Positions 11,419 to 21,366 of a stretch of DNA of 64,000 nucleotides are shown in pieces. The position numbers and the translations under genes are program-made. The stretch is from contig PDIP01000078.1 in NCBI GenBank assembly GCA_002811645.1, positions 2,823-66,822 on the forward strand, written 5' to 3'. This stretch comes from Corallochytrium limacisporum Hawaii. Taxonomy: Eukaryota; Protista; Pluriformea. Under the pieces are notes generated by a model. The model was not told the origin of the DNA. It saw nothing but the letters and a program-made list of their open reading frames with translations, and made no database searches. Each line of letters starts with the position of its first letter. Positions within the stretch are counted from its first letter, which is position 1.

Positions 11419-13140
11419 ATGACAGTCAACGTGGGTGGTCTTGTCAGTATAGCCGTCTTCTATCTGATCATCCTGGGCGTTGGTCTCTGGGCCGCCCGGA
11501 AGAAGAAGGCGGATTCCCAGACCGAGGACATTATCCTCGCGGGTCGGTCGATTAGTTTCTTTGTCGGTGCATTCACCATGACAGCGACCTGGGTCGGTGG
11601 TGCTTATATCAATGGTACTGCTGAGGCCGTTGCACAGGGAGACCAAGGTCAAGGTCTTGTTTGGGCCCAGGCTCCATGGGGCTACGCTCTGTCCCTCGTG
11701 ATTGGTGGTACATTCTACGCAGGAAAAATGCGCAGTGCAGGCTACATGACCATGCTTGATCCTTTTGTCCATCGCTTTGGTGATGGTATGGCTGGCTTGC
11801 TCTTTATTCCTGCCGTGCTCGGAGAGACGTTCTGGTCCGCTGCGATTCTCAATGCTCTGGGAGCCACCGTCTCCGTAATTATTGAACTGAACCGCGAGAC
11901 TTCCGTCATTGTCTCTGCCGCAATTGCCCTTTGCTATACGATGGTTGGTGGTCTGTATTCCGTAGCCTACACAGATGTTATTCAGCTTGCCTGCATCTTT
12001 GTTGGTTTGTGGTTGGCGGTGCCGTTTGTGCTGACCAGTGACGACGTGGGAAAGCTGAGCAATGAACCCCAATCCTGGCTCGGTACCTGGGAGAGTGACC
12101 AGACCTGGGTTTGGCTGGACTATGCTCTGCTCCTGATCTGCGGTGGTATTCCATGGCAGGTCTACTTCCAACGGGTGCTCAGCGCAAAGGATGCCAGGGC
12201 CGCTCGCTTCCTGTCCTATTTTGCTGCTGTCGGTGCCATTGTCATGGCCATACCTGCGGTGCTGATCGGTGCTGCGGCCTCCAAGGCTGACTGGATCGCG
12301 GCCGGTACCTCGGACAAGTTCGTCAATCCGGACAACACTCTGAAGGACTACACTCTAACCCTACCGCTAGTGCTCCAGGAACTGACTCCGGAAGTTGTGG
12401 CAATTATTGGTCTGGGATCTGTGTCAGCAGCCGTAATGAGCTCTGCTGATTCTTCCATGCTCTCTGCGTCCTCCCTTTTCAGCTGGAATGTCTACCGCCC
12501 GTTGCGCAAGGCTATATCCGGGAATGAACCTTCGGAGAAAGAGCTAATCTGGGCCATCCGCGGCGCCATGGTCATTGTCGGCTCTCTGGCCACTGTCATG
12601 GCCCTGACCATTGACACCATCTACGGTTTGTGGTATCTGTGCTCCGACTTGGTCTACTGTATCTTGTTCCCCCAGCTGACCACTGTGCTCTACTACTCCA
12701 AGGCAAATACTTACGGCAGCGCAGCTGGCTACCTCGTGGGCGCTCTCTTGCGTTTCGGTGGCGGTGAGCCCCTGGTGGATCTGCCGCCGTTTATTTACTA
12801 CCCAGGTTACAAGGACGGTGAGCAAATGTTCCCATTCCGCACCCTGGCCATGGCGTGCTCCCTTGTTACGATCCTGGTGGTCAGCTGGGCCACCCACCAG
12901 CTCTACGAAAGGGACATCATCAATGAGGACAATGACTTCTTCGGTGCATTCTTCAGCGACAGTGAAAGTCGCAAGGCTTCGCTGTTCTCGAGATCTCGGG
13001 TGGACAGCAGCCAACTCTGGGAATCCAAGGCACCGAGCAAGACTGACGAGCAAGTGTTCAACGATGCTATTGATAAGAGTTACGCTCCTGCCAGCGGCAG
13101 TCTAGAGAACACCTCCAGCTCTAGCAACTCCATAGCATAG
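11419..13140 (+). CDS. SLC5A7: High-affinity choline transporter CHT1-like (SLC5/SSS family)
   Basis: MTATWVGGAYINGTAEAV, WAQAPWGYALSL, GGLYSVAYTDVIQL, GGIPWQVYFQRVLS, SAAVMSSADSS, YGLWYLCSDLVY and FPFRTLAM are near-identical to animal CHT1 motifs; many TM helices. Confidence 0.92.
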   Translation: MTVNVGGLVSIAVFYLIILGVGLWAARKKKADSQTEDIILAGRSISFFVGAFTMTATWVGGAYINGTAEAVAQGDQGQGLVWAQAPWGYALSLVIGGTFYAGKMRSAGYMTMLDPFVHRFGDGMAGLLFIPAVLGETFWSAAILNALGATVSVIIELNRETSVIVSAAIALCYTMVGGLYSVAYTDVIQLACIFVGLWLAVPFVLTSDDVGKLSNEPQSWLGTWESDQTWVWLDYALLLICGGIPWQVYFQRVLSAKDARAARFLSYFAAVGAIVMAIPAVLIGAAASKADWIAAGTSDKFVNPDNTLKDYTLTLPLVLQELTPEVVAIIGLGSVSAAVMSSADSSMLSASSLFSWNVYRPLRKAISGNEPSEKELIWAIRGAMVIVGSLATVMALTIDTIYGLWYLCSDLVYCILFPQLTTVLYYSKANTYGSAAGYLVGALLRFGGGEPLVDLPPFIYYPGYKDGEQMFPFRTLAMACSLVTILVVSWATHQLYERDIINEDNDFFGAFFSDSESRKASLFSRSRVDSSQLWESKAPSKTDEQVFNDAIDKSYAPASGSLENTSSSSNSIA

Positions 13141-13362
13141 GGTACAACCTACGTCCTTTTCGATGGCATTACGCAAGTGAAAAGTATGTATCAGAAAAAA
13201 CACATGCAGCAAAAAAAAACAGAATAGCTTAGTAAAAATAGTATTCAGTAGATAGCTTCAAAGCATACTCATCACTTGTTGATCTAGCTGTATTCCTTTC
13301 TTCCCTTCACCACAGCAAGGCACCAAACTTTGAGACTGCTCCGGTGACATTCATCTGTTCCT

Positions 13363-16200
13363 CTATTCCTCCATTAATGCAATTCCAGAGTCCGAATCCG
13401 AGTCTGGCTGTTGCTTTTCCGACGACGCTAGTAATCCCAGATGCTCCAGCAGGGCCTCGATCGACGTGAAGCTTAGTTGGCGGTTGCGTGCTTGAGCGTC
13501 GGCTTGGGGGCTACCGCCAGGGTAGAGCCAGGCGTTGTGGAAGACGCCATAAGCCGGCATAGTAAACTGCCCCAGGTCCAGCGCATTGGCGGACGAAAGT
13601 ATGGCAGGCACGGTAGGGGATGCCGCGTTGTCGGAGATCATTTCCTGTGACAGATCAACGTGGTGGCTACAGTGGCTCAGATACGGTAGAGGGGTCAGGC
13701 GCGTGTTCTCTTCGCAGGTCACGTCCACCACGAACGGACGCAAGGGTCCAACAGTCCGCGTAGAGGCAGCCAGCGAAGGATTCTTCTCCATTTCCAGGCG
13801 CAGACGCTCTTGCGCACGCCGTGTCGCAGCCACAGCTCTCTGTAGCGATGAGTCTCTGTTTGCTGCACTACTTTTCTTGTAGACAATGACGGCGATGGTG
13901 ATGTCGTCATGTAGATTCCTTCGTTTGTCATCAATTTCTGACGGCAGGTGCACCACAGATGCCACGCGGTCGTCTGGAGAGTTGCCGATGCCGCGGCAGG
14001 CGAGGGCATGATATAGCAGGACGCTGGCGGCGTTGTAGCCCCAGCCACGGAGCCTTTCGCATTCCTCCATGAGCAGATGGTGGCGGTTGTGGAAGTCATA
14101 TACACTGTCAATAGCCTGCGGTGGTCGTTCGATCTCACCCCCAGCTCCAACCGCACGGCTGTCATGTTCCCCTTCTTGATCTCCGAGGACAAATTTCCGC
14201 AGCACTGGCGATGAGCGCAGTCCCATGACTCCAGAGCGGCCAATATCCTTACCTGGACCCGCACTCTGCCGGACTGATGCGAGGTAGGCGTGCACAATCT
14301 GTACTGCTTCTTCGTTGCTCAGAATCTCCCACAGTCCGTCCGTTGCCAGGATTACAAATTCCGTTTCTTCGATCATTTCCGTGGTCGGACGCTGCGGTGG
14401 CTGGAGGCTGTCCGCGGCTTTGCTCTTGGCTGTGCCAAAGTCCAAAGCACCCCTGACGCGCACGCGATTGGTGTGTCCGAAATGGTACACTTCGGGAATG
14501 GCTGTAAGGTACGGTGGATCCCACGGGAAGGGGTTCATACGGTCCGCACCCCGGGCTCGCAAGTTGCCCAAACGGATTTGCAGGGCTGCTTCCCAGTGCG
14601 GCAAACAGAGACCCGATTTGTATGCCATGTCACCAATGCTCCTGGACGGTTGCATCATCCATCCCTTGACTCTACGGCTACGCCATTTTCCGCGATCCTC
14701 TTCTGGGTGCAGGCGGCCATAGCGCGCGTACTCTGTTGGGTTTTCGAGATCGTGGTCGCGGGTGATGGCCAGGGGAACGAGCGCATTAAAGTCAACGAGG
14801 TGGAAGTTCATGCGGCTGCCCACGCTACTCCCACTGGGAACACCAGATGGTGCATCCGGGGCAATGTCACTATCTTGTGCATGGGCTTTGGATGTTCCGT
14901 GTCTACCACTGCTCTTGCCGCTCTTGCTGTCTGGTGATGATGTAGATGATGAGGAACCACTGCCACCTCCTGCTCCCAGCAGTTGCTTCGCGTACATGGC
15001 AATCCGCGCCATGGCTCCCTCCGCCTTAGCCTGCTTTGCCGCCACCCGCGCTTCGGCCAAACTCTCCTTCGACGCAACTTTGGTGCGCACTTTGCCCATG
15101 ACGGCACGACAGTCGCCGGCATTTGCAATGTGTGTTCGATCCTTGCCCACGACTGCAACGATTGCACACGCTCCGCTTCCGCAGGCACCGTGAGGTCCCG
15201 GAGCGATCGCTGACTTAATGCCACGAGCCGCGGATTCGTCCATGGCAACAGTCTCTCTGTTCGCTGTCTCTCCCAGCTGCGGCTGGTCTCCGTCTCCGTT
15301 TCCTTCGTCGGTATGGGCTATGACCACCGCAGGTTTCATGGCCGACGCTGCCGGTGCCAAGGCAGGCGCTGAGCCGCCGTGCGGAGCTCCGAGTGTGATA
15401 GCATGTGCCAGTGTCCAGGTCAGGTCTGCATCAACGAAAGCGTGGGTGAGCGCGTAATCTATGATTTGATCTGGTAGCCCGGTACTGGCGCTGCCGTTGT
15501 TCATCTGCAGCTCACGCACCTTCCGCGGGTCCACATTGAGGTGGGCCATACCGCTCGCGATATGGTCCATGCGCGCGCGGCAGAAGTGTCCGAGGTTAAG
15601 ACTGCAGAAGTCTGCGCAGTCAGATCCCGCATGGCCATCATAAACACCGACGATGAGGCCATGGCGATGGCTCAAGCGAACTTCATGACGATCTTCGCTT
15701 TCGGAGTTGCCAGCGAAGCTAACAAAATGGACGCTCTGGGCTGCGCTGCCGTTCTCGCCCAAGAGATCGTCGATTGCTTGGTCTTCACTCTGAGTCGACG
15801 GGGATTTCTTGCGTTGGGCCTGTTCACCGCCTGCTCTGCTATTAGTGGTGCTGCTACCGCTGCTGGCCCCTGATCCCGCGCTGTCCCTTCTGCTGCCGAA
15901 ATTAAATGAGTCGCTGGCTTGCAAACCAGGTTTGACCACGTAAATCCGAGCAACCCTATTCAAAGGCTCGTGCACACGGCTTTCATGGTCTTCAAAGCTC
16001 GTTCCTGCATTCACAGCCTTATTCAAGGGGATCTGTGCCTGGTCAAAGTAGCGGATCAATCGCTTGTTGCGCTGCTTTGTTGTTTGCGAGTTGCCCTCGT
16101 TGCGTGCATGTACGATTGGTAAGCTTCCGCCGGCTGCTGCTGCAACTGCAGATGCCAGCACTGCCGCAGCAAAATGTAGGGGCTTAAACGCTGTGCTCAT
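13363..16200 (-). CDS. PP2C-family phosphatase, pyruvate dehydrogenase phosphatase (PDP/Ptc5)-like, with long low-complexity insertions
   Basis: SED, VYDGHAG, ANAGDCRAV, RSIGD, PPYLTAIPEV, ILATDGLWE, NAASVLL, HDDIT. Confidence 0.88.
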   Translation of the reverse strand: MSTAFKPLHFAAAVLASAVAAAAGGSLPIVHARNEGNSQTTKQRNKRLIRYFDQAQIPLNKAVNAGTSFEDHESRVHEPLNRVARIYVVKPGLQASDSFNFGSRRDSAGSGASSGSSTTNSRAGGEQAQRKKSPSTQSEDQAIDDLLGENGSAAQSVHFVSFAGNSESEDRHEVRLSHRHGLIVGVYDGHAGSDCADFCSLNLGHFCRARMDHIASGMAHLNVDPRKVRELQMNNGSASTGLPDQIIDYALTHAFVDADLTWTLAHAITLGAPHGGSAPALAPAASAMKPAVVIAHTDEGNGDGDQPQLGETANRETVAMDESAARGIKSAIAPGPHGACGSGACAIVAVVGKDRTHIANAGDCRAVMGKVRTKVASKESLAEARVAAKQAKAEGAMARIAMYAKQLLGAGGGSGSSSSTSSPDSKSGKSSGRHGTSKAHAQDSDIAPDAPSGVPSGSSVGSRMNFHLVDFNALVPLAITRDHDLENPTEYARYGRLHPEEDRGKWRSRRVKGWMMQPSRSIGDMAYKSGLCLPHWEAALQIRLGNLRARGADRMNPFPWDPPYLTAIPEVYHFGHTNRVRVRGALDFGTAKSKAADSLQPPQRPTTEMIEETEFVILATDGLWEILSNEEAVQIVHAYLASVRQSAGPGKDIGRSGVMGLRSSPVLRKFVLGDQEGEHDSRAVGAGGEIERPPQAIDSVYDFHNRHHLLMEECERLRGWGYNAASVLLYHALACRGIGNSPDDRVASVVHLPSEIDDKRRNLHDDITIAVIVYKKSSAANRDSSLQRAVAATRRAQERLRLEMEKNPSLAASTRTVGPLRPFVVDVTCEENTRLTPLPYLSHCSHHVDLSQEMISDNAASPTVPAILSSANALDLGQFTMPAYGVFHNAWLYPGGSPQADAQARNRQLSFTSIEALLEHLGLLASSEKQQPDSDSDSGIALMEE

Positions 16201-17039
16201 GTCTAACTAAAGATTTTGGGTGGCTACTACTATCAACGACGTGTCATCCGAAGGCCATTGTTTTGTGTTGTGATTTCTTGTATTCCCCTGTCCTTGACCT
16301 AAGAAAATCACCAGCCCAATATTGATGGTGTAGGGTGCTGGTTACATCATGAATCACACTGCTGTAGTTGCCTCACTCGCCCCAAATCTTTAAGTAGGTC
16401 CACCAGCTGTGCCTGGAATGAACGACGGCAAGCACTGCTGACAATATCCCCTTCCACCTCCTCCCCCACCGGGACCGATGCCCACGGGTCTCATTCGTCA
16501 TCTCTTTACAGCCCAATTCCCCAACCAACCAACCCACCACCACCGCTTTCCTTCCCCATCCCAACCCGTCTGTGTGTGTGTGTGTGTGTGTTGTTATTTG
16601 CTCCCTTCGCCTTTGCCTCGTCTGCCACCCAAAGACCCGCCGTTTTTCGCTACGGACAGTTTTGGGCCTGGCGGTTCGGTCAACGCGGGCCGGAGCGGGG
16701 AGGGGAGCCAAAACATAAACATTGCAGCACCGGGGGAACAACAAAGGACCAACAAGCACACACAGACACGTAAAGACACAAGGAGCATATATCATCCCGG
16801 CGGGCATCGCATGCACCGGATTGCTCCTGCGATGGTTGTGCATGTGTCTGTGTCAAAATTAAGTGGATGTTGATTGGCAACCGTTTCTTCTGTCCCGATG
16901 CATTCATGGCCCGGTTATCGCGATGGTAAAGAGCTTTCCTTTGACCGTGCGGCTCCGGATCACTTAAATGCTCTGACTTCACGAAACCCTATTTTTTTTT
17001 TCAGATCCAGTTGCACCAAACCCCGTGGACTGAAGGTGT

Positions 17040-17260
17040 CATTGCTCGTCGTTCGGACTCCTGTGTGTCCGTGCCTGTGCGCGACTGTGGAGATGTGTGC
17101 CCTGTGGGTCTCTGTACGTCAGTGTGCTCTCTGTGTCTGTGCACGCCTGTGTGTCTGTGTGCCTCTGTGGATATCTGTACCCTGTGTGCTTCTGTATCTC
17201 AGTGTCCTTCCGGGTCCTTTGTGTGGTTTTGTATGTGGTTTGTGTGTGTGCTGTGGATGC
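17040..17260. repeat. Degenerate (TG)/(TC) low-complexity tract
   Basis: Dense ctgtgt/gtgtgt/ctctgt units. Confidence 0.7.
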
Positions 17261-18460
17261 CGGTTCTATTCGGTGCGCAGACGGGGACGATTGTAAGGGA
17301 ATGGTTGAAACAGGTCCCCTTCGTTGATTTATTTTGATTCAATACCAATGTCCTCGTATGGTCCTATCATACAGTCGCTGAAATAAATTTCACAAGAAGT
17401 TGCCATACATTACTAAAGGGCAGCATCAACAAATGATCATGTCAAGAATCAGTGCGCACGTTTTGCCATGTCTCCAACGCCACCGTCAGGTTACCAGCTT
17501 AGGATCGTGTTCCCATGTGTCTTCTGCTCACAGTCAGCATCGAAGATCACCATTTGCTCTCCCATCGTAATCCTGGACCCGACCCTGATCAGCCCATCCT
17601 CCTCACACAAACCACCACCACCGCCCCCCTCTTCACTTTTTCCACAGGGGGGGGGGCACCATCCCCACCCGTGACAGTGGTTGTAATCCCGGAAGAATTT
17701 TTTACAGTGTCCTTTCTTAGGAAAATTTTCAGGTTCTGGGCTGTAGTGTGTGTGTGCGTGCGGTTGCTCGGGCACCGCTCTTTAATACCGTCTGAGGTGT
17801 GCTGATTTAGGGCCCATATTTTTTTTTTTTTTTTTGCTTCCTTCTCTTCCTTTCCGGGTTGGCTTCCGTTATATAGTTCTTCCTTAGCGCCACAATCCTT
17901 TCTCGTCGGTCGTTTGCTTCTCGAACTCTCGCCCCCGCGGGGAGAGAGATCCGTGGAATGGCGTGAAAGCCGGAGAGGGTCCGGTCGGGCGCTCGGTTCA
18001 GGGAAGGAGCGGAATGCGTACAATTCGTCCCGTTCTCCCGGGGTCACCGGCCCACCTGGTGATTGGGGGTGGGTTGTCTCAGGGACTTTGCGTGTCGTTC
18101 GTGTTGTGGCGGTCATGTTCTTCGTTGGTTTGCATTACTCGGATTGCTCATTTGGACGCTGGTGTTGTGTCGTATCACTTGAGAGTCCAATTTTGTACAT
18201 TGCGGGGCATCATTGGCCATGATCAACGAGTCTGCTTCTATTGCAGTGACTGGTTTAGGTATTTAAGGTGACGTAGGCATAAACTATTGAACAATCGGGG
18301 CGGTTGCGAACAGGATATGTGCGTAAGGAAATTTTGGGTGCGCAAAAAGGTTCCACTCTGGCTCAAGAAAGGATATACCATTAAGTCACCAGGTGGATTG
18401 CTTTGTAATAGCTGGTCAACAGTCGCTCCTTTGAAATTTCTAGGTTATTGGATAATTGCC

Positions 18461-19705
18461 ATGGGTAAGCCTGCGGTGGAATCAGCTGACGTGGTGGTCG
18501 TCGGTGGTGGTCTGGCGGGACTACAGTCTGCGAATCTCTTGCTTGAGAAGGGTCGCTCTGTGGTGATTCTGGAGTCACGGGACAGACTGGGGGGCAGGAT
18601 CCACTCATTATCCCATGGATCCAGTAATTGCATCGAACTCGGTCCAGCCTGGGTCTTTCCGGGGCACCGTAGAATGGAAGCGTTGGTCAAGGAAGCAGGG
18701 GGAGAATTGTTTCCTCAGTATGCCTCTGGGCGAATGCAGTTCGTAGCCCCCGATGGAATGGTTCAGCATCGCCCAGGCGGGGCGATGGGCGGGGCCAATC
18801 GTGCTTCGAATGGTCTGTCATCTGTAATTCGGCTCCTGGAGCAGCGGATCCGTGCCTACGATGGTGACTGTGACAGTGGACAGACCGGAGAAATCCGGCT
18901 TGGGACCAACGTGACCAAAATTGAGCGGATCGAGGAGTCTAAGACAGTGACTGGGGGCGACCACGCACGGGTACTGATTGAGGGATCTAACGGCCTTGCA
19001 ATCACGGCCCGAGCGGTGGTACTCACGGGACCCCCGCGCCTATACGCTCAAACTGTTGAATTCTTGCCTCCCCTTCCTGCTGAAGTGAAGAATGTCATGC
19101 TTGAAACGTCAACTTGGATGGGTCAGGCGGCGAAGGTGATTCTCTACTATGACTGTGGCCCTTTCTGGCGCCATGCGAGTCCACCTTTAACCGGAGACAT
19201 CACCTTTTTTGCAGATGATGAACCCGTCGCTCAGTTCCATGATCATTCACCACCATCGGTGCGCAGCACTGACACCGCAGAGGGTGTGCGGGACTTTGAT
19301 GCAGCGGGTAATCCGGTGCCGGGAGTGTTGTTCGGATGGCTCAATGAAAATCCGGCCTTTCGGGTCGATCCTGTGTCATCAGATGACACTAGCTTTGCGA
19401 GGATCCGAGACGGTGCAGTGCGACAAGCGGTCATGGCACTGGGTGAGCAGGCGGCACATCCGTCCCTGGTCAAGGTGCATGACTGGTACAACGATCCCCA
19501 TACGACACATCCCGACGACGCATTGGAACCGGTTATGGCGCATCCGCGCTATGGCCCGGCCGCGCTTTCGGATCCTGCACGCCTTGGAGAGGAATGGGAA
19601 GGCGTCTTGCACCTCGCCGGCACAGAAATCAGCCCTGATGACGGTGGGTTCATGGAAGGGGCACTGATCAGCGCCGAACGAGTGGCGAAACGGTTCCGTT
19701 CCTGA
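18461..19705 (+). CDS. Flavin-containing monoamine oxidase family protein
   Basis: First well-placed ATG at 18461 (attgccATG); the track start 18287 is a TTG. VVVGGGLAG, LESRDRLGGR, ELGPAW, TWM..AKV..PFWR, LAGTE..GGFMEGAL. Confidence 0.9.
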   Translation: MGKPAVESADVVVVGGGLAGLQSANLLLEKGRSVVILESRDRLGGRIHSLSHGSSNCIELGPAWVFPGHRRMEALVKEAGGELFPQYASGRMQFVAPDGMVQHRPGGAMGGANRASNGLSSVIRLLEQRIRAYDGDCDSGQTGEIRLGTNVTKIERIEESKTVTGGDHARVLIEGSNGLAITARAVVLTGPPRLYAQTVEFLPPLPAEVKNVMLETSTWMGQAAKVILYYDCGPFWRHASPPLTGDITFFADDEPVAQFHDHSPPSVRSTDTAEGVRDFDAAGNPVPGVLFGWLNENPAFRVDPVSSDDTSFARIRDGAVRQAVMALGEQAAHPSLVKVHDWYNDPHTTHPDDALEPVMAHPRYGPAALSDPARLGEEWEGVLHLAGTEISPDDGGFMEGALISAERVAKRFRS

Positions 19706-20147
19706 ACTTATCTGAAATGATCATCTAAAATTGGACGTGTAAGAAAATCATCCAAAGAAATTAAAGAAATATTTGTGTATCATCACATGGCCATAGAACA
19801 TGACTAACTGGAATGGATTGCCTACCCACATATGAGTCCTCGTCAACTGCAGAGCCTTATCGAAACGAAATGATCAATGACCATCAGAGGCTATCGCAAT
19901 CTTCCTACACCACTGGCCAATACGTTTCGGTCCAGATTGCGCACTTGGTGCAGCAGGTTCTTGTGGTGCCCCTGGTACATGCCCTTCCTTTGTCACACCC
20001 GCTCCCTTGGTGTGTGATTCCCAGGAAGGCCTCGGGTTCGGTCCATAGCAGCAGAGCGACCGAATGAATTATGGCGTGGCTTCCGTGGGTCCGCAAAGCT
20101 CTCGCTAGTTCCTTCTTGAGCACAAGCATACTGTGATAGTTTGATAG

Positions 20148-20169
20148 TTCTCTCTCACTCACTCACTCA

Positions 20170-20223
<54 letters not shown>
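20148..20223. repeat. Compound microsatellite (CT)n(CACT)n(CA)~25
   Basis: Read directly from sequence. Confidence 0.95.
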
Positions 20224-20225
<2 letters not shown>

Positions 20226-21366
20226 GCCCTGCAGTTCTTGTGGTCTTGGACCTCTATCGCAGCATCACGGGTCCCGGCCCTTCGCTCCCCTTTCCCGGGA
20301 CCCTGCCTGGTCTCGGCGGCTTGCGTAGACTTTGTGGCGAAGAACCGTCCCCTTTGACACCTCACACACACACACACACGCACAGGTGAAAGAGCCTGGT
20401 GGGTGGGGGGGGGTCACACAAGGCAGGGTCAAACATCAACACAAGTGAAACCTACCGATTGCCGTAGTACTAAACCTATGGAAAGGCAGGCCAGGAAGAC
20501 ATCCGGAACCCCGCCCCCCGGGGGGGGGAGAAGAGGGGGGGGGCTTCCCTCCTTGACTGTCTTTTTCTTTGGTGCCGCTCTCCTTTGCGCCCCCCCGGGG
20601 GGGGGTGGGTGGGTCGGCACCCAGGAGACGAATATGCAGCGGCCCGCAGTTATGAATGTATGGAAAAGGTGGCCTCGACCCGCCAATTCTTTTTTCATTC
20701 TTCCCGCGGGACTGGAGGAGAGAAGGGGGGCGGGGGAGATTTAGTTTGCGTCCGTGCTGTCCCAAATAGCGCCGCCGGGTAGTTCTGTGCCGGGAGACAA
20801 AAAAGAAAAAGGCCAAGAACGTAAAAAGGAAGAAAAAAAAAAAAGAAGAAGGGCGAAGTGAAATGGGCAGACGACCAACCGCCCTTGGCTCGCTCACTGG
20901 AGAAGGGCCAGCCAAAAGAAAGGGAAGGGAAGGGGGGGGGGTACGCCGAAGACTTTTCGTGTTTGTGCTCTGGCGGCGAGGGTCGAGACCTTCGCCAATT
21001 GCGTTGCCGGTCCGAGCGCCGGTCCTTGACCTGGTTTCCTTGAGCCCCGCGGGTCTGCAGCAAGGTATGCATTGACTGTTGGCCTCTGTCTTTGAGCTTC
21101 TTTTGTCTGTGCTTTGCTTTGCACGGTGGTGTCCAACGACATCCCCGAAGGCCGCCGAATGGTACTAGGGAAGAGTTGGGGAGAGCTTAAACTGCTGATG
21201 GACCCGCATAACCTAGGCTTTGCCACCAAAACCTGTGACGTTCCGTAGCATTCTGAAAACGAGTTGGTGGTCTTCGCGTACGAATGGGATAGGATACATG
21301 GAACGCTAGCGAAACCGCTCAATTTAAACCGAATATCCCGCCCCCAAAAGAAAACAGTACTTCGCG

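Noticed and set aside
19905-20162. Cys-rich minus ORF (ACTRGTTRTCCTKC) reminiscent of a piggyBac C-terminal finger
   Set aside because: Incomplete motif, no transposase or TTAA-flanked TIRs, and the ORF starts in a CA repeat.
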